In this document: piece by piece, positions 57,031-64,000 of the stretch
Position numbering within the stretch: position 1 is the stretch's first letter
How the letters are laid out: each line of letters starts with the position of its first letter
Assembly: GCA_001244265.2 (NCBI GenBank)
Contig: CDLV01000017.1
Location: 496,001-560,000, forward strand
Direction: 5' to 3'
DNA: 64,000 nucleotides
DNA from: Microbotryum violaceum
Lineage: Eukaryota
Made by a program: the position numbers and the translations under genes
The notes under the pieces: generated by a model
The model's input: only the letters and a program-made list of their open reading frames with translations
What the model was told of the DNA's origin: nothing
The model's database searches: none

Positions 57031-57992
57031 TCATCAACGGGAAAGGCTCGAGCGAGAGCGTTCCGGTCTGGTCCCACACAATTTTGCGTCGAAGCCTGCC
57101 TCTACCACATCAACATCGACGAAACATTCTACTTCCAGAAGGTCTAGGGCACGCCGACGTCCAGCAGCCACACAGTCACCAATGGCACTGCATCCACTGC
57201 CGCAGGATCAACTTCCGAACACTGCAATCTCTCGGAGGTCTCAAGGTCAGCAAAGACATCGTCAATGGGAAAGGCTTGAGCAAGAGCATCCCGTTCCAGG
57301 ACCCCCAAAAGCCCGGCCTGAGGCGCGTAATGCCCGACTGGAAAAAATGTGGGCCTCAGATGGGCCAAAACTGCGAAGGCGCGTAGTCGGAGGTGAACAA
57401 ATCAGGGTGCGCCATGCGGGTGGGGTCCTAGGCCCATAGGTGCCAGTGAACAAATCTGGGCCCATTTCAGCCACATTTGGCTTGGTATGCCAGAGTTTGC
57501 CAACCCTCAAGAATGTGCGGAGCGCGCGCAAAACACTCTGGCCTGTACCAAATTCACAACAAAAGCTCTAATGGTTCGATTTTGCAATTATAAGCCTCTT
57601 GGCTGGTTGAACAAGGCATCTCGTCCGAGTGCACCGTCTCTTGCCTCCCCCGCCGCGTCGCGTTGTCTGTGCCATCATTGTCATTATCCTACGTTCTCGC
57701 TTCAGCCAGCTTCGACAAAATGTGTCTGATCAATCCGGATATCGAGCTCTTTGACAATGATTTTGAGCAAATGGCACCCTTCTTGGACGTGAGGGTGTCT
57801 TGAGCTTCTCGCCTTCCGCTTCAACAACCCACTGCAGACACCCAGATAACCCAGATACAGCTTTCATGGTCGGCAGACGAACCTCTCGAGTTTGAAAACC
57901 TTACTAGGCCACTCAATGCTTGGAGTGACAAGTTCAAGGATTGTGGAGCAATTACTGAGGCGCGTGTCAGGAGTTGTGAGGCAAGGTCCATT

Positions 57993-58892
57993 TGTTGGAC
58001 AGGACAAGGCACCTTCAGTTGCTTTTTGACCGCAAACAAGACGGAAAACATAGGATACATTGAAGACGGACGTAAATAAGTGAGCTGCAATTGTGTGCTC
58101 TGCACATATGGCCCAGAGAGTGCTCATCAATAATGTCCATTCTTGCCCAGGTACGGATGCCATTGCGAGCAAGGCATTACACGGCATTAATAAGAGACTG
58201 ACGAGCGTGTAATCCAACCGGGGAGAGAAGACAATGGTTGGTGTGCATTGCCAGGCTTCACTAAACAAACGCGCGCTTCTAATCAAATAACCAATAGCCA
58301 CCTTCCTGCTAATCCTCATTCACAACACGCCAACTCGCCCCTTCACGCGATGAATCTATAAGCCCCATTGCGTGTACAAACTGATAGTGCTTCTGTGTCC
58401 CGAGCCCCTTGGTGAGGACGTCCGCAGCCATGGTGCCCGTGGGCACCCAGACCATCTCGATCGTGCCTTCCGCAATGTGGTCCCGGATGAAGTGAAAGTG
58501 GATGCCAATATGTTTGGTACGAGCATGGAAAGCCGGGTGCTTGGCCAGAGTGATGGTGGACTGGTTGTCACCCCACAAACGAGTCGGAGCGGTCTGCTCG
58601 AAGCCAAGATCCGCAAGCAAACGACGTAACCAAATCCCCTCGCAAGCGGCGTATGACATGGCCACATACTCGGCCTTGGTACTGGAGAGGGTGACGAGAG
58701 TCTGTCGCTTGGCGATCCAAGAGATAGCCTCACCAGCGCACATGAACACGTAGCCCGAGACACTCCGGCAAGTGACCGGGTTGGCGCCATGATCAGCATT
58801 GACAAATCCCTCCAAGATTGCCGACATAGGCTGGAAGGACTTCTGATAGCGGATGCCAAAATTGCGGGTACCGACAAGGTAGTGCAGGATGT
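57993..58892 (-). mobile_element. 3' end of a third Copia element (RNase H, PPT, 3' LTR 57993..58327), interrupted by chromovirus B
   Basis: RSVSGYVF, SSTKAEY, DNQSTI, HARTKHI, MAADVLTK; LTR TGTTG...CAACA on the minus strand. Confidence 0.88.
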
Positions 58893-63995
<5,103 letters not shown>

Positions 63996-64000
63996 GATGT

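Overview
Eukaryotic, GC-rich, intron-rich fungal DNA. The GTGAGT/GTCAGT/GTACGT donors and CTRAY branch sites suggest a basidiomycete; the TE content and CpG/TpCpG decay resemble Microbotryum, which is inference only. Eight host genes are present: PGS1, p24/EMP24, SEC1, eIF4G, oligoribonuclease, GNA1, DRS1 and a small SVIP-like protein. They sit among densely nested, mostly decayed transposons: three Copia pieces, two full-length Gypsy chromoviruses with intact TSDs, three solo LTRs, a tyrosine-recombinase (Ngaro/DIRS-like) retroelement interrupted by a LINE and two related foldback MITEs, Helitron-like fragments and non-autonomous TIR elements. The most striking signal is in the chromovirus family, where two diverged copies conserve three features. 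(1) A 110-nt canonical intron lies at the gag/protease junction, and its removal creates an immediate stop (Gag-only mRNA). (2) There is no tRNA primer site; an oligo(T)-CACA..GGTCAAAG leader could instead pair with the element's own polyadenylated 3' end. (3) The first ~146 nt of each LTR read as two back-to-back spliceosomal introns. All three are sequence-based hypotheses that need RNA data.
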